In this document: one piece after another, positions 36,011-44,920 of the stretch
How positions within the stretch are numbered: the first letter of the stretch is position 1
Layout of the letters: each line of letters opens with the position of its first letter
Source: a virus
Strand: one strand, 5' to 3'
Virus record (IMG/VR): IMGVR_UViG_3300032242_002920
Coordinates: 68,002 to 132,001 of that record
Length of the DNA: 64,000 nt
Notes under the pieces: generated by a model
Databases searched by the model: none
What the model was told of the DNA's origin: nothing
What the model saw: only the letters and a program-made list of their open reading frames with translations
Position numbers and translations under genes: made by a program

Positions 36011-38314
36011 ATGAGTAATACAGACAAGTTAAATGCGCAGGTAGAGAATCTTAAGAAGCGAGGCGTAGCCCTTCCAAAGAATCCTGCTCGCGCTCAGTTA
36101 GCAGCGGCTTCTATGCACGAAATGGCAGTTACTCCCGGCGGTCCTCTTCGCGCTGCGGTAGGGGACACTGCTTATGGTCAGACTAAGGGCCGAGTAGGTA
36201 AGACGCAAAATTCTCAAACTATTTCCGAGATTGAGCGTAATAACGAACTTATTAGAGCAATGGGCGACAGTCGTCGTCTTAGTAGGCGTACCTCTTCTAC
36301 TGGTGGTGCCGGTGGAGATGTTTATTCTGCCATTCCTCGTTTTTACGATCCTCTTGAATTTTGGGACCTAAACGGTCTTCCATGGAACGTAGCAGACGAA
36401 GGACACAGGCACAAGCTTCATAAGTGGCTTCGTCTATTCTATTCAACCCATTACCTTGTCCCCATCCTTATTGACATTTTTACTCGCTTCCCGCTTGTTG
36501 GCATGGAGCTTGATTCTAAGGATAAAAAACTTGAACGTTTTTACGAAGACTTGTTCCTCGATCAGCTTGACTACCCAGAGTTTCTCGTGTCTCTTGGACG
36601 CGAGTATTGGACTGTGGGCGAGGCCTTCCCTCTTGGTTCTTTTGACGAGGACCTTGGTATTTGGGAGCGTGAAGAACTTCTAAACCCAGAAGATGTAGTT
36701 ATTGAGAACTTCCCTCTTCTTGGCTCGCGTCAAATGAAGATCGTTCCACCTGATTACCTCAAGAAGCTTGCGCAAACTAAGTCGCCTGCTAAGGAATTCG
36801 CACAGCTTGAGATGAATTACCCTGAGCTTATTCCTTACCTTCGTCGTAACGAGCATATTCCAATCTCTGACGTTCTTCTTAAGCAGGTCGCTAATACGCT
36901 TACTGATTGGGATGATCATGGTACCCCAATTCTTCTTCGTGGCCTTCGTACTCTTATTCACGAAGAGAAGCTTCTTGCATCACAGGATTCTATTGCTGAG
37001 CGCCTTTACTCACCACTGATCCTTGCCCGCCTAGGTATCATGGATCTTGGTGACGGTCAGGGTCCATGGGTTCCCGGTCCAGAGGAACTTGATGCTTTCC
37101 GTGACGACATGGACATTGCCTTGTCATCTGATTTCCGCCTTCTTGTCCATCACTTTGGTCTTGAAGTAGAAAATGTATTTGGTCGTGAACAAATGCCACG
37201 ACTTGGCGATGACTTTGATCGTATTGAGCGTCGTATCATGCAAATCTTTGGTGTTAACCCATCATTGCTTTCTGCTGGTTCATCATCACAGCCTTACGCA
37301 TCGTCCGCACTACAGGCTGAGTTCCTTAATCAAATTCTTAGAACCTTCCAAGGTTATCTTAAGAAGCATTACATGGAGCGCGCTTATGTTGTTGCCGAGG
37401 CTCAAGAGCATTGGGCATACGAGAAGCGTGGTAACCACCGTGTTCCAATTATGGAAGAGGTTGTTGAATATGACGAAGAGGGCAATAAGCATATTGTAAC
37501 TAAGCACAAACTTATGATCCCGGATCTCACATTCCAAACTCTTGACCTTCGCGATGAGGCAACTCAGCGTCAGTTCTTCCAGTCGCTTCGCGCTATGGGT
37601 CTTCCAATTCCAGATCAGAAGCTTATGATCGGTGTCAAGCATGACATTCGTGAACTTGTTGACGAATATAATGAAGAACTTATGTACAAGACGATTAATC
37701 AGCAGCAAGCTAAGGTTGAGACTTGGAAGGCTCTTGACAGGGCTAATCTCCCAATTCCTCCAGACCTTGATGCAGAGGTTCGTTCAGTCATGGGCGGAGG
37801 CGCTGCTCAACAACCTGCTCCTGAAGCAGGTATGCCTCCCGGCGCAGGTGGTCCCGGCGGCGGTGCTGGCGGTCCCGGTGGAGCAGCAGGCGGTCCCGGC
37901 GGAGGTATTGTAATGCCCGGAATGCCCGAAGGCCTTGGACCAACTGGCGGTGGTCCAGCAGGAGTACCCGGAGGAGGTCCCCCTCCAATGGAAGGCAATG
38001 CTTCTGGAACCGGAAACGGATTTGCGCCGCCAGCGAGTTTTGAACGCAGGCCCGGTATGCCTAGCCCAACTTCATCGGTCAATGCAAAAATTGCTGCAAC
38101 TGACTTGAATTCTAATGACGAGGATGCTACAATTGGTCCTAATAGAACTAGAGTAGAGAATGATACTGAAACGGTTCACACTTTACCAAAAGCTAAGAAC
38201 AAGAAAAGTTACAGTTTTGTAACAGAAGAACTTATCGAAGATCCTGTAAACGAACAAGTAGAGGAAAATGAGTCAAAGCACAAGTCCGCTGGAGACACAC
38301 AAGACCAAGATTGA
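36011..38314 (+). CDS. portal protein
   Basis: Near terminase; IDIFTRFPL, REYWTVGEAF, LLNPEDV, GTPILLR, ERLYSP pattern of large-phage portals; Gly/Pro tail. Confidence 0.75.
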   Translation: MSNTDKLNAQVENLKKRGVALPKNPARAQLAAASMHEMAVTPGGPLRAAVGDTAYGQTKGRVGKTQNSQTISEIERNNELIRAMGDSRRLSRRTSSTGGAGGDVYSAIPRFYDPLEFWDLNGLPWNVADEGHRHKLHKWLRLFYSTHYLVPILIDIFTRFPLVGMELDSKDKKLERFYEDLFLDQLDYPEFLVSLGREYWTVGEAFPLGSFDEDLGIWEREELLNPEDVVIENFPLLGSRQMKIVPPDYLKKLAQTKSPAKEFAQLEMNYPELIPYLRRNEHIPISDVLLKQVANTLTDWDDHGTPILLRGLRTLIHEEKLLASQDSIAERLYSPLILARLGIMDLGDGQGPWVPGPEELDAFRDDMDIALSSDFRLLVHHFGLEVENVFGREQMPRLGDDFDRIERRIMQIFGVNPSLLSAGSSSQPYASSALQAEFLNQILRTFQGYLKKHYMERAYVVAEAQEHWAYEKRGNHRVPIMEEVVEYDEEGNKHIVTKHKLMIPDLTFQTLDLRDEATQRQFFQSLRAMGLPIPDQKLMIGVKHDIRELVDEYNEELMYKTINQQQAKVETWKALDRANLPIPPDLDAEVRSVMGGGAAQQPAPEAGMPPGAGGPGGGAGGPGGAAGGPGGGIVMPGMPEGLGPTGGGPAGVPGGGPPPMEGNASGTGNGFAPPASFERRPGMPSPTSSVNAKIAATDLNSNDEDATIGPNRTRVENDTETVHTLPKAKNKKSYSFVTEELIEDPVNEQVEENESKHKSAGDTQDQD

Positions 38315-39548
38315 GTCTTGGGTATCCAAAGGATACACTACTAATCAAGTTGTAGCTGAGCTTAAAAAGCTTGGTGTCAAAACTTCACAGCGCAGCGTCC
38401 AAAGGGCGGTTAAGCGATGGGGTCTTCCTAGCAATTTAAATATTGAGCAACCTTATACTCAGGTTAAGGGCGATAGGGCTTTTATCTTGACTGATATCTA
38501 CGAAGATATGCAAGATGTAACGCAAATTATTCGTGATCACGGTCTCGATCCTAATGAATGGGAAATTGAAAAGCCCGAATTCAGAATTAATCGCGGTAAG
38601 GATGGAATTGCTACAACGCAGGCTAAGCTTGTTCTTAGGCGTGTTGAGCCTTATGACGTAATCATTCCTGCTCGCGTTCCTTCTGATTATAAGAAACCTC
38701 AAGTCAAGAAGTCTAAGGGTCTTCTAAAAAGAAAGGACAAGGATAGTCCTAAGCTTGTCGTCTTTGTTGGCGATCAGCAGGCTCCCTTCCAAGATCAGGG
38801 TCTTCATGAGAAGTTTTGTCAGTGGCTTGCTGATTTTCAGCCAGATGAGGGCGTTCTTATTGGAGACCTTATTGATCTTCCAACTATTAGTCGTCACCCC
38901 GATACGCCTGAGCTTGATGAAAGCGTTCAAGGATGTATTGATATTGGTTATCAAATTCTTCGCGATTATGTTGAAAGTAGTGAGTCAACTTCATGGAAGA
39001 AGCTTGAGGGTAATCACGACTATCGACTTCGCAGGGCGGTTATTGATAACCTGCGTGAGTTTTATGGTATCCGTAAGGCTAAGGGTAAGAACGAATTGCC
39101 GGATATTCCACTGTTGGATGTTGAGAATTTGCTAAGGCTTGATGAGCTTGGCATTGAGTTTGTTCGTCCTAACGGAAGTTGGGAGACGGCTCAGGTTGAA
39201 GTGTCGCCACATCTTGCCGCAAGGCATGGTTGGATTGCTAAGAAGGGTTCAGGAGCTAGCGCACTTGCATCCCTTGAACATCTTGGTTATAGTATCATTG
39301 TTGGTCATACTCACAGGCAGGGTCTTGTGTATAAGACTAAGCATGATATTAATGGTAAGCCTTCTACCATTACTGGTGTGGAGACTGGTTGCATGTGTCG
39401 TATTGAAGATGGTCTAGGTTACGCTGTGGCTCCAGATTGGTTAAATGGATTTGCAACAGCGTGGGTCTGGCCTGATGGTAAGTTTAAAATTGATCTAGCC
39501 ACCTATGTAGATGGTGTGCTATACTATGGAGACAAGCGTTATGAGTAA
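38268..39548 (+). CDS. calcineurin-like metallophosphoesterase with N-terminal HTH
   Basis: GDQQ, GDLID, GNHD, RHG, GHTHR, ETGC. Confidence 0.82.
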   Translation: MSQSTSPLETHKTKIESWVSKGYTTNQVVAELKKLGVKTSQRSVQRAVKRWGLPSNLNIEQPYTQVKGDRAFILTDIYEDMQDVTQIIRDHGLDPNEWEIEKPEFRINRGKDGIATTQAKLVLRRVEPYDVIIPARVPSDYKKPQVKKSKGLLKRKDKDSPKLVVFVGDQQAPFQDQGLHEKFCQWLADFQPDEGVLIGDLIDLPTISRHPDTPELDESVQGCIDIGYQILRDYVESSESTSWKKLEGNHDYRLRRAVIDNLREFYGIRKAKGKNELPDIPLLDVENLLRLDELGIEFVRPNGSWETAQVEVSPHLAARHGWIAKKGSGASALASLEHLGYSIIVGHTHRQGLVYKTKHDINGKPSTITGVETGCMCRIEDGLGYAVAPDWLNGFATAWVWPDGKFKIDLATYVDGVLYYGDKRYE

Positions 39549-39717
39549 GTTTAAAAAGAAAAAGGATAATATGTACACCCGTCCGCAATCAGTTTGCGTT
39601 GTAGTGTACGACATGTCAGGCGCTCCAATTGCCGATAGTGTTGCTGAAGAAATTGCTGACAGCATCACTCACATTGCGCAGCGTGAAAAGTACGCAGTTA
39701 ACGTTACACGAGCATGA
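39541..39717 (+). CDS. hypothetical protein
   Basis: GGAG RBS, coupled ORF. Confidence 0.5.
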   Translation: MSKFKKKKDNMYTRPQSVCVVVYDMSGAPIADSVAEEIADSITHIAQREKYAVNVTRA

Positions 39718-39971
39718 GTAGCGAGCCAACGCCCTTGGAGATCACAGTATCTTCATCAGTAGGCGGCAAGGTACAGATCATCAAGTTTGAGTATTCTGAG
39801 GATTATCATTTCTCGCAGTCAGAGAAATGGTCTATTCCCGAGGACTGGACTGCTGAACAAGTTGCGGAATACCGCACAAAGGTTCAGGAGAAGCTAGATG
39901 CAGATCTGCAAAAGCAGGCTCAAATTCGCGTTGATCAATTAATCGAACAAAAGTATGGAAGCAGTGAGTGA
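39714..39971 (+). CDS. hypothetical protein
   Basis: ATGA-coupled 85-aa ORF. Confidence 0.55.
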   Translation: MSSEPTPLEITVSSSVGGKVQIIKFEYSEDYHFSQSEKWSIPEDWTAEQVAEYRTKVQEKLDADLQKQAQIRVDQLIEQKYGSSE

Positions 39972-40079
39972 TAACAAGATCATAGAGGAGCTTAGAGAGC
40001 AGATAAAGGCTCTTACGCAACTTGTAGCTCAAATGCACATTGATCTTTATAGCCATATTAACGGTGAAAAGGAAAAGTA

Positions 40080-40703
40080 ATGTTAGTTTTAGGAATTCAC
40101 GGTCCCTCTCGTAGTGGTAAGGATACTATTTATCAGATTCTTTTGGAAGAGTTTCCTTTGATTAAATTTGAACGTCAAGGTTTTGCCGACGCTCTTAAAA
40201 TTTCTGCCGCTAAATCCCTCGGACTAAAAGGTTCTTCTTCAGAACTTATTGTTAAAATGGATACTCTTAAGGAAGAGGGGCAGATCCATACGCCTTGGGG
40301 GAAAATTTCCGGTCGTGAATTCTTGCAGTACTACGGAACCGAAGGTCATAGAGACATGTTTGGCAGCGACTTTTGGCTTGATCAGGTAGTTCCCAATATT
40401 TATAATCCAAGAGAACGTTACATAGGAATCAATCGCGTTTGTGACGTTCTTGTAATTCCTGATGTTCGTTATCAAAATGAAGTTGGTAGGGTCAATGATG
40501 CTGGCGGTCAACTTTGGAAGATTAAAAGAAATGTTGAAGGTCACACTACTGGTCATGCATCGGAAGGTGAATTAGTTGCAAATTGGGATCGCGTCATTGA
40601 TAACAATGCCACTAAAGATGACCTTCGCTCTGATGTAAAAAATGCTTTTAATAGTATTGCTAATCAAATTATTAACGATAGGGTAACAAAGGTATTTCAA
40701 TGA
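40080..40703 (+). CDS. deoxynucleoside monophosphate kinase
   Basis: GPSRSGKDT, FADALK, REFLQYYGTE, PDVRYQNE, HASE. Confidence 0.88.
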   Translation: MLVLGIHGPSRSGKDTIYQILLEEFPLIKFERQGFADALKISAAKSLGLKGSSSELIVKMDTLKEEGQIHTPWGKISGREFLQYYGTEGHRDMFGSDFWLDQVVPNIYNPRERYIGINRVCDVLVIPDVRYQNEVGRVNDAGGQLWKIKRNVEGHTTGHASEGELVANWDRVIDNNATKDDLRSDVKNAFNSIANQIINDRVTKVFQ

Positions 40704-41320
40704 GCAGTAAAATAGCCGTAGATATTGATGATTCGCTTTATTCGTTTAATGACCTAGCTCAGGAAATGATGACTCAAGTGACCCTTCAAAACGGAGAAGA
40801 TCTTTTTCAAAGGGGAGCTTATTCATCATGGAATGAATGGAGAACTCCCGCAGATTTATTCCAAAACGAATGGCAATCAATTATTGATTTGTGTCATCGT
40901 GATCACATTATTCGCAGTCAAATTCCATTCAAAAATGCGGTTACTACGCTGCGTAAAATTTTTGATTCAGGTAACGACATTATTTATATTTCTAATCGCT
41001 CTGAGAGCGCCTACGATGCGACATATGAGTGGTTACAGGCACACGGTTTTCCTCAAGCCAAGTCTTTAATTTGTACAACAGAAAATAAAGCTTCGTTTAT
41101 TGCAGATTGTCAGTACATTATTGACGACAGGCCTAAGACTTTGGTAGAATTTGTGTACGATTATAATTGGCGAGAAGAGGCAACTGTTGCTCGCAAGGGT
41201 TTTGGCCTATTCTGCGAATACAATCGAGCGCTTACAGACGTACCCGGAATTTACCTAGCGCCTAATTGGACGCTACTTGAAAAGTATATTAAAGAAAAGA
41301 GTAATTTGATCTATGGATGA
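40700..41320 (+). CDS. HAD-family 5'(3')-deoxyribonucleotidase-like protein
   Basis: IAVDIDD, ISNR, T.EWL, IIDDRP, YN. Confidence 0.78.
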   Translation: MSSKIAVDIDDSLYSFNDLAQEMMTQVTLQNGEDLFQRGAYSSWNEWRTPADLFQNEWQSIIDLCHRDHIIRSQIPFKNAVTTLRKIFDSGNDIIYISNRSESAYDATYEWLQAHGFPQAKSLICTTENKASFIADCQYIIDDRPKTLVEFVYDYNWREEATVARKGFGLFCEYNRALTDVPGIYLAPNWTLLEKYIKEKSNLIYG

Positions 41321-41549
41321 AATGATACAAGTATCAGTTTTAGTAACTGATTTAGAAATCATTAGGGCTGCTCTTTCGTCAGCCTATTATCAAAACGAGA
41401 CTATGGATATCTCGGAACAGTATCGTAAACTTAACAATCGTCCACAGCCTAGTCCTATGACAAAGGCGCTTCAAGGCGCGGTTGCTAAAGTTGAAAATTA
41501 TATTAAAATTGCAGAAATTGAAGAAGAGGAAGTAATTGAAGATGAGTGA
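41313..41549 (+). CDS. hypothetical protein
   Basis: Coupled ORF. Confidence 0.5.
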   Translation: MDEMIQVSVLVTDLEIIRAALSSAYYQNETMDISEQYRKLNNRPQPSPMTKALQGAVAKVENYIKIAEIEEEEVIEDE

Positions 41550-41790
41550 GTTTTCGCAGGATTCGGCTTTCAAGCAGGCGGCAGACATCGCAGGACAAAT
41601 GAAGCTGATTGAAGAAAATGAAACATTTGAAGAGGTTCTTGCTAGAGCGGAAAGAATTTCAGCAGCTATGGAACTTGATCTCAATTCTATTTATGATTCT
41701 CTAAATGTTGTTATTGACATGATTGATGAACCAAGCGCTCGTAGAGCAGTTGAAGATATTAGAGATGAAATTTACCGATGCATGAAGTAA
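41542..41790 (+). CDS. hypothetical protein
   Basis: Coupled acidic helical ORF. Confidence 0.5.
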   Translation: MSEFSQDSAFKQAADIAGQMKLIEENETFEEVLARAERISAAMELDLNSIYDSLNVVIDMIDEPSARRAVEDIRDEIYRCMK

Positions 41791-42020
41791 ATTCTTTGCC
41801 AAATTTTGCCAAAGGTATTTTTCGAGGTTTATATCAAGCAATTAAAACTGATGTTGATGTTTTTCTTTTAGCGGTTGCTGGATTAATTTGGCCCATTAAA
41901 ATTTTTAGAGGACTCTTTACATCCACGATTATTTATGTTATAATAAGACGAGCAGATGGTTTAATGACTGCATATGTAAATCTTAAAAATCGCGAACTAA
42001 ATCAAATTGATCATGGATAA
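41778..42020 (+). CDS. small membrane-associated hypothetical protein
   Basis: Hydrophobic central segment. Confidence 0.45.
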   Translation: MHEVNSLPNFAKGIFRGLYQAIKTDVDVFLLAVAGLIWPIKIFRGLFTSTIIYVIIRRADGLMTAYVNLKNRELNQIDHG

Positions 42021-42540
42021 TAAAATTCCCCTCAACTCGTATGTCAAACTCAAAGAGGGTTTTGCTGAAACCGATGTCTACAGAAACGTAGACGCAGGTG
42101 CTACGGGTTGGGTTCGTCATTGTAAAGTTGATGACGACGGGTTTTCAATGATTTTTATTGAATGGGATGAGACTAATCCTAAGTACGCAGGTGAAGTTGA
42201 TAAATGGGCGTTTGAAAATCATTTTGAAATCATTAGTTCTGAGCATAATGACGACAAAGTAGCCGAACGATACATTGAAAGTATTAGAATCGCAACGGAT
42301 GAAGCTCTTGCATCAGATGGGTTTATTATGGTAACGGTTCGTCAAAGTACCGCTAAGAGTGGTAAAACTATTTATGAACCTGCCGTATTCGGTGGCGAAA
42401 TGAACAAAGAAGTTCTTTATATCCTAGAAGCTCAAATAGCTTATATGGCTAATACGCTACTACAAGATTTTATTCAAACAACATTAAATAGTATGAACGT
42501 CGAAGATGTAACGGAGAAAGATGATGAGTCAGGACGGTAA
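42013..42540 (+). CDS. hypothetical protein with SH3-like N-terminus
   Basis: YVKL...GATGWV...IEWD. Confidence 0.55.
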   Translation: MDNKIPLNSYVKLKEGFAETDVYRNVDAGATGWVRHCKVDDDGFSMIFIEWDETNPKYAGEVDKWAFENHFEIISSEHNDDKVAERYIESIRIATDEALASDGFIMVTVRQSTAKSGKTIYEPAVFGGEMNKEVLYILEAQIAYMANTLLQDFIQTTLNSMNVEDVTEKDDESGR

Positions 42541-42784
42541 AGGTCAATTAATTCCCAAGGACATTAAGGGCAATGGGCGTAATAGTAAATGGAAGCATTG
42601 TCCGTGTGGCGGGGAATTTTATGCTGCGACTAACAGCAAGTTTGCTAAGTGTTCTAATGGTGAGGTTCGTTGCACATCTTGTTATCGCCAAGCGAAGAAG
42701 TTCGGCAGTGGAGGACTTGGCTGTGGCCCCGATTGTAGTGAAATCGCGGCCAAGATGTGGGGAAACGGTGAGTCCGAATCATAA
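42521..42784 (+). CDS. Cys-rich Zn-binding protein
   Basis: CPCG, CTSC, CGPDC. Confidence 0.5.
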   Translation: MMSQDGKGQLIPKDIKGNGRNSKWKHCPCGGEFYAATNSKFAKCSNGEVRCTSCYRQAKKFGSGGLGCGPDCSEIAAKMWGNGESES

Positions 42785-42980
42785 AATTTGTACAGCTTGT
42801 AAATCAAAACGCATTCAAGAAGTACGCTCTCCAAGAGAACTTATTAAACTTCCTATAGAAATTACACAGGACAAAGTTTTTAATAAAAGGGGTATTCCTA
42901 TTTTTGTTTGCGAATTTTGTGATGCATATGAATTAGAAGCAGCACTGGCAGCACATCAAAAACGCATAGATAATAAGTGA
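42768..42980 (+). CDS. small Zn-ribbon protein
   Basis: CTAC...CEFC; GTG start. Confidence 0.45.
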   Translation: MSPNHKICTACKSKRIQEVRSPRELIKLPIEITQDKVFNKRGIPIFVCEFCDAYELEAALAAHQKRIDNK

Positions 42981-44920
42981 TGACATGGATTTCAGACGCA
43001 ATTACGCCGGGTGAGATTGACGCGCTCAAATTGGCAGCTTCGCAGGCTTGGTCTGAGGATACCCGCTACCCTAGATGGTCCAAAACTGATAATTCAGCAG
43101 GAGGCGGACAATGTTACGTCACTTCGGTATGGCTTGTTGAAAGGCTTGGCGGTTATATTGGTAAAAAAGCTGGTCACTTTGTTTGGCTTAGCCCGGACGA
43201 GTCATATGTCCTTGATTTGACTGGTAATCATTCTGGAACCGCCTCTTATCAACCTAATGATGGTTACAAGCCATTTAAAGCCGTTTCTAATAAAAGAACG
43301 CAAACCTTCGGTAAGCGGGCGAATTTAATTTTTAATCATTTAGAGAGCGCTTTACGCGTCTCTAACGACTCGTTGACTGGCGATGCTTTTCCGGGACAGG
43401 AACCACAGCGTCAAAATGATATTGACTCGCAATATTTGCATGATGAACCAGAACGTGATGGATTTGATGACGGCACAAAGGAGTATAATTTCTTTTATGC
43501 TAATGGGTCTTTAGAAATTTCACCAACCGACCAATTTAATCACGACGATTTAGCTCGTCATCTTCATGTTGGCGATGATCACACGGGGCCAATGTCAAGT
43601 GGTACCGTATTAGTTGATAACAATGTTGCCACTTGGGAAGTTTATTCAAATGTTAATTTGAAACCAATGGCTCGAATCTTTAAAGATTATACTAGCCAAG
43701 TTGGTTGGGAATGGGGCGGACTTAAAGATATTAGCGGCAAGGTTGTCAGCAAAATTTTTGAACCCTCTAAACCCGCTAAGGTTCTTAATTATGTTTGGGC
43801 CAATGATCATCTTTACATCGGCAGGGTTTCTCATGCGGTCCTAGCTATTGACACTGGTAGCCAACCCCTTTGCGGTAAGATTGAAATTATTGGCAATAAA
43901 GCTAAAGTTGCTCCCGCATATACCGCAGCATTACCTCAACTATTTGAATGGGCAGGAGATCAGGGCTTCAAACTTTATGGTTCATCAAATAACTTGGTTG
44001 AACGTAATGAAACAATGGAACTTAAAGATCTTGGTACACCCAATTCCGGTCGTCCTCCAACTAATCCCTTAGAAGGTGAAGCTGAAGATGACACCATAAT
44101 CAATTCTGAAACAGAACTTGGTGTTCATAAGTGTCCTATTTGTGATGAGATTTTTCCTGATTGGCACCTTTACGAAGAGCATCGTAGAGACGAACATGGT
44201 GATAGTGGCGAAATTAATGAAGATGGTGGTTTCCCCGAGCTTGATATGGATCAGACTAATCCTCCGCACTTCACTGAACAACAACCATTAACAATGCCGG
44301 TTTATGGCATGACTGAAGCATCTCGTGTTGATGGTTTTGATAAGTATGCTAAAGCTTTTAAATACGATGACAATCATCAGTTTTATGTTGCCTATGTGTC
44401 TGGATCACCAGTTGGCTATGCAGCGGTTAAAGACAATCATGTAATCATGGTTTATTCGGCACTTAGAAATCGCGGTGTATTTTCTGCGTTAGAATCTCAG
44501 TTAAAAAGGCATTATTCTTATCTTGAAAGTGGCATCGCTCACGATTGGGAGAAAAAATATTTGCGTAAGCGCGGTTGGGTAAATGCCAGCAAAGATAAAT
44601 GGGTATACTCTGCTAATGGAGAGGCAAAAGATTTGTTGCAGGACCCAATTCCATTTATTTATGATATTCCAGCAGATACGATTACTGTTGGTCACCCCGG
44701 CCAGCGCACATCAGATATCCCCGGCAAGTTTACACCCGCAGGTATTGTGGAAGGTATGTATGAACCGGGCGGCACAGTAAACATTACTACCATGACTACT
44801 ATGCCTTATACAGTAAATCATATTTTGACATTGTGGTATTATCAATACCCAGAGTTCAGTGTTAAGCGAATCAATCTTATTGACGCTGAAGGAAAGAAAA
44901 CTAAATTAGCTAATGCGTAA
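42980..44920 (+). CDS. multidomain protein: YunG-like N-terminus, C2H2 Zn finger, GNAT-like domain
   Basis: AWSEDT...GQCYVTS...HF...DLT; CPICDEIF...HRRDEH; PVGYA...RNRGV. Confidence 0.55.
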   Translation: MTWISDAITPGEIDALKLAASQAWSEDTRYPRWSKTDNSAGGGQCYVTSVWLVERLGGYIGKKAGHFVWLSPDESYVLDLTGNHSGTASYQPNDGYKPFKAVSNKRTQTFGKRANLIFNHLESALRVSNDSLTGDAFPGQEPQRQNDIDSQYLHDEPERDGFDDGTKEYNFFYANGSLEISPTDQFNHDDLARHLHVGDDHTGPMSSGTVLVDNNVATWEVYSNVNLKPMARIFKDYTSQVGWEWGGLKDISGKVVSKIFEPSKPAKVLNYVWANDHLYIGRVSHAVLAIDTGSQPLCGKIEIIGNKAKVAPAYTAALPQLFEWAGDQGFKLYGSSNNLVERNETMELKDLGTPNSGRPPTNPLEGEAEDDTIINSETELGVHKCPICDEIFPDWHLYEEHRRDEHGDSGEINEDGGFPELDMDQTNPPHFTEQQPLTMPVYGMTEASRVDGFDKYAKAFKYDDNHQFYVAYVSGSPVGYAAVKDNHVIMVYSALRNRGVFSALESQLKRHYSYLESGIAHDWEKKYLRKRGWVNASKDKWVYSANGEAKDLLQDPIPFIYDIPADTITVGHPGQRTSDIPGKFTPAGIVEGMYEPGGTVNITTMTTMPYTVNHILTLWYYQYPEFSVKRINLIDAEGKKTKLANA

